A stretch of DNA of 40,700 nt from a virus (taxonomy: Duplodnaviria > Caudoviricetes): IMG/VR virus record IMGVR_UViG_3300023092_000003, positions 1-40,700 of that record; one strand, written 5' to 3'. The notes under the pieces were generated by a model. The model was not told the origin of the DNA. It saw nothing but the letters and a program-made list of their open reading frames with translations, and did no database searches. Shown here in pieces: positions 23,003 to 32,523 of this stretch (its first letter is position 1; each line of letters starts with the position of its first letter). The position numbers and the translations under genes were made by a program.

Positions 23003-25198
23003 ATGGCAAACGTGGGGTACGCAACCCTAACGATTCTCCCCTCCGCGCGAGGTTTCGCGACCGCGCTCGGCTCGGAAATCAACCCCCAGCTTGCCGCCGC
23101 CTCCGGCGAGAGTGGTCGCCGTTCTGGCGGCGCTTTCGCCGGAGGCTTCCTGCCGCTTATGACCAAGATGATTGGTCCGCTGGCAGGAATCGGCGTCGGC
23201 GTCGCCCTCGGTAAGGGCATTCTCTCGGGCCTCAAAACCTCGGGCTTCCTGGAGCAGGCGACTATCTCGTTTGAGACTCTCCTGGGCTCCAGCGGCGCGG
23301 CCCAAAAGATGATTGCCGACCTCTCTAACTTCGCGAAAAAGACGCCGTTCGAGCTTCCCGGCCTGATCGACAACGCTCGCGCCCTGGTTGGCGCTGGTAC
23401 CGCCGCTGGCAACGTCATCCCGACGATGACCGCCCTGGGCGACACCGCTGGCGCTCTCGGCCTCGACCAGGAGCGGCTCAACCGCGTAATGATCGCGTAC
23501 AACCAGATTCAGACCAAGGGAAAGCTCCAGTCCGAGGAGCTAATGCAAATCACCGAGGCCGGTATCCCGGTCTGGCAGCTCCTGTCTAAGGCGCTGGGCC
23601 AGCCCGCCTCGGAGATTCAGAAGCTCGCGACGGACGGAAAGCTCCTCGCCGCTGACACCCTCCCGCTCCTCCTCGCTCAGATGAACGCGGACTACGGCGG
23701 GAGCATGGTCAAGCAATCGCAAACCCTCAACGGCGTTTGGTCCTCATTCAAAGACACCCTGAACATTGCTATGGCTCAGGGCCTCCAGCCGCTTATCCCC
23801 ATCCTGACCACGATCCTCCCTCCCGCCGCTGCACTCCTGGCGGGGGCGATCACCGGTCTGTCCGACGGGTTCTCCTCCCTCTTCACCGCTGCCTCTGGCG
23901 GCGGAGGGGCGCTGGCTCCACTCTTCGACATGCTCCGGCCCATCGGCCTAATCATCGTCGGCGAGCTGATCCCCGCGCTGGTCGCTTTCGGCCAGGCGAT
24001 CTACACCGGAGTCCAGCCAATCGTCGCCGTGCTGGTCGACATTTTCCAAAACTCCCTCATTCCCGTCTTCCAGTACATGGTGGACACGACCGGCCCGCTG
24101 ATCCAGAAACTGGTCGAGACCTTCCAGGTACTCGGCACGGCGGTCGGTCCGATTTTCCAGGGAATCGCGGACATCATCCAGGCGGTGTGGGGCTTTATCG
24201 GCCCGTTCGTAATCGACATCGTCAAGGGCCTGTGGGACAACATCATCGGCGCTTTCACGGGTATTTTCAACGTGATCCAGGGCGTCGTCACTTTGGTCTC
24301 CGCACTCTTTACCGGCGACTGGGCCGCGGCCTGGGAAGCGCTCAAGCTGATCGTTAGCGGCGCGCTGGAGGCAGTCTGGAACATCGTCAACCTGCTCCTG
24401 GTCGGTAAGGTCCTCGGCCTCGGAAAGTCGGCGCTCAAGGGCCTCGGCGACATCTTCGTCGGCGGCTGGAACTGGATTGTCGGCGTCGTCAAGGGCGCGG
24501 GCGAGGGAATTTGGCTGGCGGTCAAGTCCTCGCTGGAAACTGCCGCGCTCCGCGTCATGTACGGAATCGACGCTATCAAGGCGTTCTTTACCTCGGGCTT
24601 CGGTAACGCCGTAACCACCGTGCGAACCGCCTTCGGAAACATCGTCTCCGGCGTCGCTACTGGTATTTCGGACGCCGTCGCATTCGTCGGCAGTCTCCCC
24701 GGAAAGGTCCTCGCCGTCCTCGGCAACCTGCCCGGAATGCTGATCCGCGTCGGTAGCCAAATGATGGAGGGATTTATCGAGGGCGCGAAAAGCATGGCGG
24801 GCAAGATCGGTAACGCGGTCCTGTCCCCCATCAAGGATTCCGTCGAAAAGGTCAAGAACTTCCTCGGCATCCACTCGCCCTCTCGCCTCATGCGCGGCTT
24901 TGGTCGCAACACGTCACAGGGTTACGCCCTCGGTATCGAGGACGACGCCAGCAAGGTCTCCGACGCAATGATGGACCTCGCTCCCGACGCTCCGAGCTTC
25001 CAGGCTCCAGGCGTCGAGGCAGGCGGACTCGCCGGAACCCTCGCGGCGCTCCTGGCGGCTAACACTGCCAGCGACCAGCCGATTTACATGGACGGGAGCC
25101 TGTTTGGCATCCTGCGGAAGCTCGCTAACGGCGAGGCCCGAATCGTACTCAACCAGGCCGCCGAAACGCGCGCCGCTGGCTTCGGAGGTCTGATCTAG
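23003..25198 (+). CDS. tape measure protein
   Basis: 731 aa; VGYATL.I.PS, FAKKTPFEL, GKLQSEEL.QI.EAGIP, LGIHSPSR. Confidence 0.93.
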   Translation: MANVGYATLTILPSARGFATALGSEINPQLAAASGESGRRSGGAFAGGFLPLMTKMIGPLAGIGVGVALGKGILSGLKTSGFLEQATISFETLLGSSGAAQKMIADLSNFAKKTPFELPGLIDNARALVGAGTAAGNVIPTMTALGDTAGALGLDQERLNRVMIAYNQIQTKGKLQSEELMQITEAGIPVWQLLSKALGQPASEIQKLATDGKLLAADTLPLLLAQMNADYGGSMVKQSQTLNGVWSSFKDTLNIAMAQGLQPLIPILTTILPPAAALLAGAITGLSDGFSSLFTAASGGGGALAPLFDMLRPIGLIIVGELIPALVAFGQAIYTGVQPIVAVLVDIFQNSLIPVFQYMVDTTGPLIQKLVETFQVLGTAVGPIFQGIADIIQAVWGFIGPFVIDIVKGLWDNIIGAFTGIFNVIQGVVTLVSALFTGDWAAAWEALKLIVSGALEAVWNIVNLLLVGKVLGLGKSALKGLGDIFVGGWNWIVGVVKGAGEGIWLAVKSSLETAALRVMYGIDAIKAFFTSGFGNAVTTVRTAFGNIVSGVATGISDAVAFVGSLPGKVLAVLGNLPGMLIRVGSQMMEGFIEGAKSMAGKIGNAVLSPIKDSVEKVKNFLGIHSPSRLMRGFGRNTSQGYALGIEDDASKVSDAMMDLAPDAPSFQAPGVEAGGLAGTLAALLAANTASDQPIYMDGSLFGILRKLANGEARIVLNQAAETRAAGFGGLI

Positions 25199-25995
25199 TG
25201 CCAATCGCACTTACTCCCTGGTACAACGCCAACCCGTGCCCGCGCGTGGACGTGACCATAACTGGACTCGCTACGGCGGTCCAGACGGTCACGGTCTGGC
25301 AGATCACCGACGAGGGTCGAGTCCCGGTCCGAAATGCAACCAACGTCTACGCCGTGGGCGGCTTGTTTGTCACTGACTACGAGCCGCCCCTCGGCGTGAC
25401 CGTGAGCTACGCCGCCGAGCAATTCAACGCGGCGGGAGCGTCCCTGGGCTGGACAGAGAGCACGTCGACTTACCTAGTCTCGGGCGCTCTGACTGCCTGG
25501 TTCCAGGACCCGCTAGACCCGGCGTCCGCCGTAATGACGACGATGGACGCCAGTTTCGCCGACGAGGTTAGCGAGACACGCGAGGTCAAGCTCCACCGAA
25601 TCGGCAACGAGACAATCGCACTCATGGGTTACCAGGGCCTGATCGAGGGGCTCAACCTACGCGTTTACACGACCTCCGCTGTCGACGCGGACCGCCTCCG
25701 GGCTGTCCTCCGCCGTACTCAGGTTCTGGTCCGCACGGTCCCACCGGTCCCCATTCCGCGCGCGCTGCACGTCGTGATTCCGAAAGTCCCCCAGAAGGGC
25801 ATCGACATCACGGGCGGCGGCGAGGTCTACGTCTGGGACCTGGAGGGTGACCAAGTCACCCGCTCCAGCCTCGACCTCACGATTCCCGTCGTGAGCTGGC
25901 AGCGCTACATGAACAAATACGCCACCTGGGCCGACTTTATCGCGGCCTATCCCACGTGGTTTGACGCCATAAAGAACCCACCCCCGGAGGCATAA
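25198..25995 (+). CDS. minor tail protein (distal tail-like)
   Basis: follows the tape measure gene; DYEPPLGV.VSY. Confidence 0.75.
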   Translation: MPIALTPWYNANPCPRVDVTITGLATAVQTVTVWQITDEGRVPVRNATNVYAVGGLFVTDYEPPLGVTVSYAAEQFNAAGASLGWTESTSTYLVSGALTAWFQDPLDPASAVMTTMDASFADEVSETREVKLHRIGNETIALMGYQGLIEGLNLRVYTTSAVDADRLRAVLRRTQVLVRTVPPVPIPRALHVVIPKVPQKGIDITGGGEVYVWDLEGDQVTRSSLDLTIPVVSWQRYMNKYATWADFIAAYPTWFDAIKNPPPEA

Positions 25996-27090
25996 ATGCT
26001 GAACGCTGACCCCGCGCTCCTCCAGGCGCTCCGAGAGCACCACGTAGGCGGAGTCCGGGCTCAGGCGTTCTACCTCGGAAAGCCGACAGCCGACGTGACA
26101 CTCGCGCCGGGGGCTTCGCTCCGGTTCTCCGGCGACGCCGAGGTCCAGGCAACGGGCAGCGTTACCGCCGTCGGCCAGGCCCCCTCGCTGGTGCCTCGCG
26201 CCAAGACTGACCCGCTGGCGACCTATGGTCAGGAGCTTGCAATCTGGCGCACGGTCGAGACGACGGTCGGCTCCTGGGAAATCCCCCTGGGCCGCTACCG
26301 CATCACCGACGCCGGGCCGTCTCAGGAATACATGGAGACCTATAACGGCGAGCTGCACGTGCGCGCCTGGGAAGTCGGACTCAAGCTGTCGGACCGTTTC
26401 GAGGCGATCCGCGCCGACGACTTCCTGGAGGCCGAAAGCCCTCGCATCGGCAACTCCGTTTGGGCCGAGATTCAGCGTCTGTCGCGCTTCCCCGTCCAGC
26501 GCAAGGGCGGCGACACGACCGTCCCCGCTGCCACCGTCTACGACTCCCGCCTCGGCGCGATCCGCACCTTGGCCGGCCTACTGAACGGCGCACCACACCT
26601 GACCCGCGAGGGCGTCCTCACCATCCGAGATAAAGACGCCTGGATGACTCAGACCTGGGTCGACTTCGATATCCCTGGCGTCATCGACTGGGACGAAAGT
26701 ATGAGCAACGACTTTTACAACCAGGTCCAGGCCACGTCCAGCAACAATAACCAGCTGGTCGCGTTCGCCCGTATCACTGACCTGTCGAACCCGCTCGCAA
26801 TCGGCAACGCCGGGGGTCGCACTCTCAAATACTCGAGCCCGGTTCTCGACACGCCCCAGGCGGTCCAGGAAGCGGCCCAAACGATCCTCACCCGAGTGTC
26901 GACACGGCGCTCTCGCATCGTCACAGTCACAGCCGGACCCGAGGCGCTCCTCCTGGAACTGGGCGACTTTGGCTGGGTCCGCGACCCGCGCACTGGGCGT
27001 GCTGCCCTGGGCGAGGTCACGTCTATGAGTGTCCCGCTCTCGGGTGTCGAGGGCGTAGAAATCGCACTAATCGTTGCGGAGGAATCGTGA
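25996..27090 (+). CDS. minor tail protein (hub-like)
   Basis: LATYGQEL, IPLGRYRI, YNQV, LELGD. Confidence 0.78.
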   Translation: MLNADPALLQALREHHVGGVRAQAFYLGKPTADVTLAPGASLRFSGDAEVQATGSVTAVGQAPSLVPRAKTDPLATYGQELAIWRTVETTVGSWEIPLGRYRITDAGPSQEYMETYNGELHVRAWEVGLKLSDRFEAIRADDFLEAESPRIGNSVWAEIQRLSRFPVQRKGGDTTVPAATVYDSRLGAIRTLAGLLNGAPHLTREGVLTIRDKDAWMTQTWVDFDIPGVIDWDESMSNDFYNQVQATSSNNNQLVAFARITDLSNPLAIGNAGGRTLKYSSPVLDTPQAVQEAAQTILTRVSTRRSRIVTVTAGPEALLLELGDFGWVRDPRTGRAALGEVTSMSVPLSGVEGVEIALIVAEES

Positions 27091-27965
27091 GTTTCGGAGC
27101 TGACTCAGCACGCGCCGAGGCCGAGCTAAAGGCTGGCCTCTCGGAGACGTTCGAGGGCACGTGTGTCTCGACCGACTGGGAGAACGGCCTGGTAACGGTG
27201 AACATCGGCGGCGGTATCGTCGTCATGCCTATGGTCGGCGACGCCCCCTGGGCTAATGACCGGGTGCGCGTTATCTACGTCGGGAAAAAGCCTCTGTGCC
27301 TGGGAGCCCGTACCCGGGCAAACATCGGCACCGTGACCGCTGCGCCTTCCGGTGGGTCGGTCCTGATCCAGGGCGACGACGGCGAGAAATACAACTACCA
27401 GTACAACGCCGCTCTGACGCTGTCCTCGGGAATGCGCGTCCTCATGGACCACGCGGGCCGCGTCGTCGTCTGCCAGGTCTCCGGCGAGCGTCCAAAAGCA
27501 ATCGTGACGGCCCCGAACCCGCCGAGCAAGCCTCGGCAGTATGAGCAGACCTTCTACCCCATCGGCTCCGCCAACTACCAGTCCGGCGCATACGTCGACA
27601 ACTACGCGGAGGTTTCGGCTAACCGCTCGGCGTTCTACTACTACGGCACCCAGATACGCGACAGCGTCCCGGACACCGCCGCAATCGAAAGCGCAACCAT
27701 CGAGCTAAACCAGCTCTGGGACCAGACGCCGACCACGGCATCGAGGCTCGGCACCCACGGCGACCCGTACCCGCTGTCTGGGCCTCCCGTGCTGGCTAAC
27801 GCCGTGAGTATCGCGCCTGGCTCAGGAGCGCGCGACATTCTCCCCGTCGCGACCCTCCTCCAGCTCGGCCAGGCCGTCGCCGTCGGTTTCTACAGCGGCT
27901 ACGGCTGGCGACGCTACGCGCCGTCGACCAACTCCGGCGCAATCACCCTCCGCTGGACCGTGTAA
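27087..27965 (+). CDS. minor tail protein
   Basis: 292 aa, coupled, synteny. Confidence 0.72.
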   Translation: MSFGADSARAEAELKAGLSETFEGTCVSTDWENGLVTVNIGGGIVVMPMVGDAPWANDRVRVIYVGKKPLCLGARTRANIGTVTAAPSGGSVLIQGDDGEKYNYQYNAALTLSSGMRVLMDHAGRVVVCQVSGERPKAIVTAPNPPSKPRQYEQTFYPIGSANYQSGAYVDNYAEVSANRSAFYYYGTQIRDSVPDTAAIESATIELNQLWDQTPTTASRLGTHGDPYPLSGPPVLANAVSIAPGSGARDILPVATLLQLGQAVAVGFYSGYGWRRYAPSTNSGAITLRWTV

Positions 27966-27988
27966 ACACCCTTTCACTTTCACCCCTC

Positions 27989-28014
27989 AAGCCTCGCTCA
28001 CGCGGGGCTTTTTC
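27989..28014 (+). terminator. intrinsic terminator
   Basis: AAGCCTCGC-TCAC-GCGGGGCTT followed by TTT. Confidence 0.65.
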
Positions 28015-28027
28015 TATTGGAGGACCA

Positions 28028-28633
28028 ATGGCCGGACGTACTGGCTACACCGCACTTAGCAACTCTTCGCCCATGGCTGGGCCTACTCAGATCAACGCCG
28101 TCTCTTCCTGGTTTGACACCCTGGTCGGCGAGGAGCGCGCGACCGTCGCCGCTCTGCCGTCGTCCGGCAACTGGGTTGGGCGCACGATCTACGTTCGCGC
28201 CGACCGCTCCCAGCGCGTATGGTCCGGCTCCGGCTGGGAAATCGTTGGGCGCATCCGGTCTACCGACTACATGATCGGCGCGACGGACGGTCGAGTCATC
28301 AACCCCGGGACGGACTTCAACCTGGGCTTTATCTCCAAAACCCTCCCCCTCGGCGGAGACGCGCTGGTGACGGCCTCGGTCAACATTTGGAACAACGGAA
28401 ACAACGCCGCTGGGCAACTGTCGATTCTGCTCGGAACAACTATCGTCCGTTCTCGCCGCTGGCACACGCACGCCAAGGCAACCGGCCAAATGACGGGCTA
28501 CACAGTCGCGGCCGATTTTGCCGTCCCTGCCAGCTCCTCGGGCCAGGCGATCCAGTTTGTCGTCGCTAGCGATTCCAACTCCGGCGCTGGCGTCGAGGTC
28601 TGGGACGCTGAAATGAAAGTGAGCATCCTCTAA
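28028..28633 (+). CDS. minor tail / receptor-binding protein
   Basis: ATVAALP.SGNWVGR...WSGSGW fibre-like motif. Confidence 0.65.
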   Translation: MAGRTGYTALSNSSPMAGPTQINAVSSWFDTLVGEERATVAALPSSGNWVGRTIYVRADRSQRVWSGSGWEIVGRIRSTDYMIGATDGRVINPGTDFNLGFISKTLPLGGDALVTASVNIWNNGNNAAGQLSILLGTTIVRSRRWHTHAKATGQMTGYTVAADFAVPASSSGQAIQFVVASDSNSGAGVEVWDAEMKVSIL

Positions 28634-29082
28634 TGACCAAGCTTGTCGCTTGGTTCAAGCGCCGCCTGGGACGGCGAGGCGCTGCCCTGGCGACTCTCAG
28701 CGTGGCGTTTCTCCTCCTCGGGCTCCGGGCTGCAGTAGCCCCCGTCGACCCCGAGCCCGACCGGATTCTCCTGCACACCCTCATGCCGCACCAGCTCCGC
28801 GCGGCTATGTGGATTGTGCCCGCCGTGATTGGCCTGGCCGCTGCCTTCCGGCGCACCGGGCGCGACTGGTACGGGTTCGCCGCCCTGACCGTTCCGCTAA
28901 CCATCCTCTGGTTTTCGTATACGTGGTCATTCGTCTGTTACCTGGTCGGCGCTACCGACTACCCCCTCGCCTGGACCTCGGGCGTTATCTGGTTTCTTGT
29001 CCTCGCTCTAGTCCTCAACATCTCAGGTTGGGCGGAGGTAAAGCCGGACACCGCCCCGACACTGTCCGAGGAGGATAAATGA
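28633..29082 (+). CDS. membrane protein (about 4 TM, lysis-associated)
   Basis: RRGAAL.., several hydrophobic helices. Confidence 0.75.
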   Translation: MTKLVAWFKRRLGRRGAALATLSVAFLLLGLRAAVAPVDPEPDRILLHTLMPHQLRAAMWIVPAVIGLAAAFRRTGRDWYGFAALTVPLTILWFSYTWSFVCYLVGATDYPLAWTSGVIWFLVLALVLNISGWAEVKPDTAPTLSEEDK

Positions 29083-29480
29083 ATGAGCCCGTCCTGGGCT
29101 TCCTAGGTATCGCCGTCGGCGCGCTTTTCGCGTACCTCGCCAGTCGATTCACCGCCCGCCAGTCGACCAAAGCCGCCGCACTGACGGCCCAGACCAACGC
29201 CGCCAACACGGCCCGCCAGGTCGACGTAACGGAGTGGACGGCCCTGGTCGCCGCCCTCCAGTCCCAGCTCCAAATCCTCACCGCTCGCGTCGCTGCACTG
29301 GAGGCAAAGGGCGAGGGCGACCGGAGCCGTATCGACTCCCTGGAGCAGGAGCTGGCCGCGCGCGACGTTCGCTACCACGCGCTGGTCCTCTACACCCGCG
29401 AGGTCCTGGCCTGGGCCCGCACGATCCCCCTGGCAACTCCTCCCCCGGTTCCGACGCTTTTCGCCGACGAGCTGGCGTAA
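29079..29480 (+). CDS. membrane-anchored coiled-coil protein (lysis-associated)
   Basis: N-terminal TM, coiled coil, PPP C-terminus. Confidence 0.72.
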   Translation: MNEPVLGFLGIAVGALFAYLASRFTARQSTKAAALTAQTNAANTARQVDVTEWTALVAALQSQLQILTARVAALEAKGEGDRSRIDSLEQELAARDVRYHALVLYTREVLAWARTIPLATPPPVPTLFADELA

Positions 29481-29507
29481 CACCCACCCCCTATCGAAAG
29501 GCAAGAA

Positions 29508-29777
29508 ATGGCACTCTCCACCCGCGAGCCCCTCGCAATCCGTGGCGCTATCGTCGCCGCAACAACCGCAATCGTCCACGTCGCCGTCGTGCTCGGCCTG
29601 GTCCACCTGGACGCTAGCGCCGAGGTAGCTATCGGCACCGCTATTGACCTCTTCGGTACTGCCGTCCTGGTCATTTGGACCCGTGGCGTCGTTACCCCCG
29701 TCGCGGCTCCTGTCCTCCCCGAGGACACCGTCGTGACTATCGCCGAGTCCGGCGAACCTAAGCACCTGGCCGAATAG
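29508..29777 (+). CDS. holin-like protein
   Basis: REP..IRG, 2 TM segments, R..VTP. Confidence 0.7.
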   Translation: MALSTREPLAIRGAIVAATTAIVHVAVVLGLVHLDASAEVAIGTAIDLFGTAVLVIWTRGVVTPVAAPVLPEDTVVTIAESGEPKHLAE

Positions 29778-29802
29778 CGTTTACACGCTCTCGCCTGCTC
29801 CT

Positions 29803-29840
29803 AGCCCCGCTGACCCTCACCGGTCGGCGGGGCTTTTTGT
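29803..29840 (+). terminator. terminator ending the late operon
   Basis: AGCCCCGCTGACC...GGTCGGCGGGGCT followed by TTTT. Confidence 0.82.
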
Positions 29841-29845
29841 CGTTT

Positions 29846-29871
29846 GAGCAGCTCCCCCGTGCTGGCCCCCT
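29846..29871 (+). promoter_or_regulatory. class I promoter motif
   Basis: GAGCA-N13-GGCCCCCT. Confidence 0.7.
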
Positions 29872-29905
29872 TTGGGGACACCAAACCCACGACCTGGAGG
29901 GCACC

Positions 29906-30562
29906 ATGCCAAACACCCCACTTATCGGCTTGATCGGAAAGAAGCGCGTCGGTAAAGACAGCTTCGCGTCCGCTCTGACCGCCCACTACGACTACCAGCG
30001 CGTAGCGTTCGCTGACCCGCTGAAAGAGGCCAGTTACTTCGCCAACCCCATCATGGGGACCTTTTCCCTCATGCCCGAGGGCCACGACCACCCCGTTACC
30101 CAGGAGTGGCGACTCCAGGAGGTCATCGACACGCTCGGCTGGGACGCCGCTAAGGACCTGATCCCCGAGGTTCGTCGCTTCCTGGAGGACCTCGGCACCG
30201 GGGGTATCCGCAAGCTGGACGAGGGTTTCTGGCTCCGTATCGGCCTGGGCCGTATCGACAGCTTTGCCACCCACGGCGTACCCGCCGTTGTGACCGACGC
30301 GCGATTCCCCAACGAGGCCGACGCGATCCGCGACCGGGGCGGGCTTATAGTCCGTATCCTTCGCGATAACCCAGAGCTTGACCAGGGCGGGCACGTAAGC
30401 AACACTGCACTGGACGACTACGCCGAGGACTTCACCGTCCCCAACGACGGCACCCTGGCCGACCTCCAGGAAGCGGCCATTATCGTCGCCGACCAAGTAG
30501 CCCGAATCTCCGCCCGCGCCAACTCCACCCGACACCGCCACGGCGGACTACAGCACAACTAA
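29906..30562 (+). CDS. deoxynucleoside monophosphate kinase
   Basis: IGLIGKKRVGKD, FADPLK, RRFL..LGT, VVTDARFPNEA. Confidence 0.9.
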   Translation: MPNTPLIGLIGKKRVGKDSFASALTAHYDYQRVAFADPLKEASYFANPIMGTFSLMPEGHDHPVTQEWRLQEVIDTLGWDAAKDLIPEVRRFLEDLGTGGIRKLDEGFWLRIGLGRIDSFATHGVPAVVTDARFPNEADAIRDRGGLIVRILRDNPELDQGGHVSNTALDDYAEDFTVPNDGTLADLQEAAIIVADQVARISARANSTRHRHGGLQHN

Positions 30563-30572
30563 GCACTACCAC

Positions 30573-30614
30573 AGGCCCGTCTCCCAATCTACCGGGGGAC
30601 GGGCCTTGCTTTTT
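30573..30614 (+). terminator. intrinsic terminator
   Basis: AGGCCCGTCTCC...GGGGACGGGCCT followed by TGCTTTTT. Confidence 0.7.
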
Positions 30615-30662
30615 GAGAAAACGTAACTAGCGTTGGGCGGCTATCGCGGCTATATTCGCACC

Positions 30663-31277
30663 ATGACTAATCCCCCGAACGGACTCGCGGCACTGCAAAA
30701 CTCCGCTGTCGTCGCACTCCGCGCCTACTTACAGGCGGAGGATAGCGAGGACAAAACCAAAGCCCTCAAGCGCACGTCATCCCTTTTTGTCCAGGCACGC
30801 GCTCACTTTTTCACTAAGGAGGGCGAGCCTGACTGGATGGGTCGCACCTACGCATACCGCCAGTGGGTCCGCGAGGTACTCGACACGGCGGGCGTCGACC
30901 GAGCCGACGTAACCAGCCTCCAGTCCTCCCTCCGCTACCACTCCGGGGCAGCGCTCCGAGAGCTACTCCCCGACGAGACTCGCGAGGACCTCGGCCTGGT
31001 CGAGCAGTCGCCGCGCGAGCGCTCCCGTGAGAAGCGCGGACGCCAGCTAGAGGCGATCCAGGTATTCAGCGGCGGCGGGCAAGAGATTACCGACAGCGAG
31101 GAAATCCTCAACGCCGGAAACATGATGATCGTTGCGCTGCGCCGGGTGAGCGTGGACGGCGTCGCGGCACTGACGGCAAAGGACCGCGCCGTGATCGAAA
31201 GCACGTATAAGCACGTCTGCGCCCTCGCCGCTGCGATCCAGGACGCCGCCGAAAAGAACGGTTCCCGCCAGAAGTGA
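30663..31277 (+). CDS. hypothetical helical protein, probably leaderless (possible DNA-binding/regulatory)
   Basis: TATATT -10-like box 6 nt before ATG 30663, no RBS; PDW.GRTYAYRQWV. Confidence 0.7.
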   Translation: MTNPPNGLAALQNSAVVALRAYLQAEDSEDKTKALKRTSSLFVQARAHFFTKEGEPDWMGRTYAYRQWVREVLDTAGVDRADVTSLQSSLRYHSGAALRELLPDETREDLGLVEQSPRERSREKRGRQLEAIQVFSGGGQEITDSEEILNAGNMMIVALRRVSVDGVAALTAKDRAVIESTYKHVCALAAAIQDAAEKNGSRQK

Positions 31278-31381
31278 CGAAAGTGACGTTTGAACCGTCA
31301 CTTTCCTATTCCCCTCTTAAGGTGTGTCTCTCTTAAGCAAGTAATAGGAAAGTGACGTTCAATTCGTCACTTTGTCACTTC
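31271..31381. repeat. 111-bp nested inverted repeat containing two AAAGTGACG-N7-CGTCACTTT palindromes
   Basis: read directly from the sequence; AT-rich core. Confidence 0.9.
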
Positions 31382-31392
31382 CCGCTCCGCGC

Positions 31393-31418
31393 GAGCAGAT
31401 AGCGCCTCTAGGCCCCCT
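31393..31418 (+). promoter_or_regulatory. class I promoter motif
   Basis: GAGCA-N13-GGCCCCCTCTGTAGCTGTCCC, same tail as the 35552 copy. Confidence 0.72.
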
Positions 31419-31462
31419 CTGTAGCTGTCCCTATTCGACAGCTAATGAGGAGGCCCGTCTCT

Positions 31463-32305
31463 GTGACGACCCCGAAAGTCAACACCATCAAGCGCGGCGG
31501 CGCTCGGTTCTACGTGAGCCCCGCTACCGGCGAAAAGTCGCCCGGCGTTACGTCCATTCTGGATATGTCGCCAAAGCCGTTCCTGGCACCCTGGAACGCA
31601 AAAATGGTTGCCGAGGAGGCAGTCAACAACCTCGGCGCGGTTGTCTCAATCGCAATGAACAACCGGCAGGCTGCCGTCGACATGCTCAAGGGCGCGGCCT
31701 ACCGGAGCACCGCGCACAGCGCCGAGGTCGGTACCGACGCACACGACCTGTTCGACAAGCTCGCCAATAGCGAGCCCATCGGTCGCGTAGCCGCCGAGCT
31801 GCAACCGTTCGTTGACCATTTCAACGAGTTCCTGGACACGTGCCAGCCCGAGTACGTCCACACCGAGCGGACTATCTGGTCGACTAAATACGACTACGCC
31901 GGAACCTTCGACGCGTTCGTAATCATCGACGGCGTCCGTTACTGGCTGGACAACAAAACGACCAAGTCCGGTATCCACGAGGAGGTCGGCCTCCAGCTCG
32001 CGGCGTACCGCTACTCCGACGTTCTTATGAACCCGGACGGCACGACCACGCCGACCCCCGAGGGTGACGGCGGAATCGTCCTGCACATTCGCCCCGAGGG
32101 CTGGCAGCTGGTCCCGGTCGACGCCGGGCCGGAGTCATTCGAGCAGTTTCTCCGCTTCCGCGAATCCTTCCGCTGGGACCGCGAGGCCAAGCCGCATATC
32201 GTCGGCCAGCCCGTCGCGTTCGGCCCAACGGAGTCCACCCTCAAGAAACCAGTAAAGCGTCGCGTCCCGCGTGCGCTCAAGCCCGCAACGGAGGTAGCCA
32301 AGTGA
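31463..32305 (+). CDS. Cas4-like PD-(D/E)xK exonuclease
   Basis: PGVTSIL, VGTDAH, YAGTFD, LDNKT, LQLAAY. Confidence 0.88.
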   Translation: MTTPKVNTIKRGGARFYVSPATGEKSPGVTSILDMSPKPFLAPWNAKMVAEEAVNNLGAVVSIAMNNRQAAVDMLKGAAYRSTAHSAEVGTDAHDLFDKLANSEPIGRVAAELQPFVDHFNEFLDTCQPEYVHTERTIWSTKYDYAGTFDAFVIIDGVRYWLDNKTTKSGIHEEVGLQLAAYRYSDVLMNPDGTTTPTPEGDGGIVLHIRPEGWQLVPVDAGPESFEQFLRFRESFRWDREAKPHIVGQPVAFGPTESTLKKPVKRRVPRALKPATEVAK

Positions 32306-32523
32306 GTTACGGAATTCTGACAACGACCGCCCAGGGTGACTCCATGGTCATCCTGGGCGACCTGAACCCGGTTGGTATCAACTCCCAGCCGTACCCGACC
32401 CCAGAGAAAGCGTGGGAGGAGCACACCTTCCAGCTTGCTCTCCTCCCCGCGAGCGTGAGCACCGAGGGCTGGACTTCCCAGCTGGTCGAGCTGGTCCCGG
32501 TCGGCGAGGTGGTGCCGCTGTGA
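32302..32523 (+). CDS. hypothetical protein
   Basis: 73 aa, coupled. Confidence 0.6.
   Translation: MSYGILTTTAQGDSMVILGDLNPVGINSQPYPTPEKAWEEHTFQLALLPASVSTEGWTSQLVELVPVGEVVPL

Noticed and set aside
31280-31373. GTGACG...CGTCAC as matS or CRP sites
   Set aside because: Spacer length does not fit matS (GTGAC-N3-GTCAC) or CRP (TGTGA-N6-TCACA), and MatP is not expected in Actinobacteria.
31463-32305. Cas4-like gene as evidence of a CRISPR-Cas system
   Set aside because: Solo Cas4-like exonucleases are routine in these phages; no array or other cas genes.
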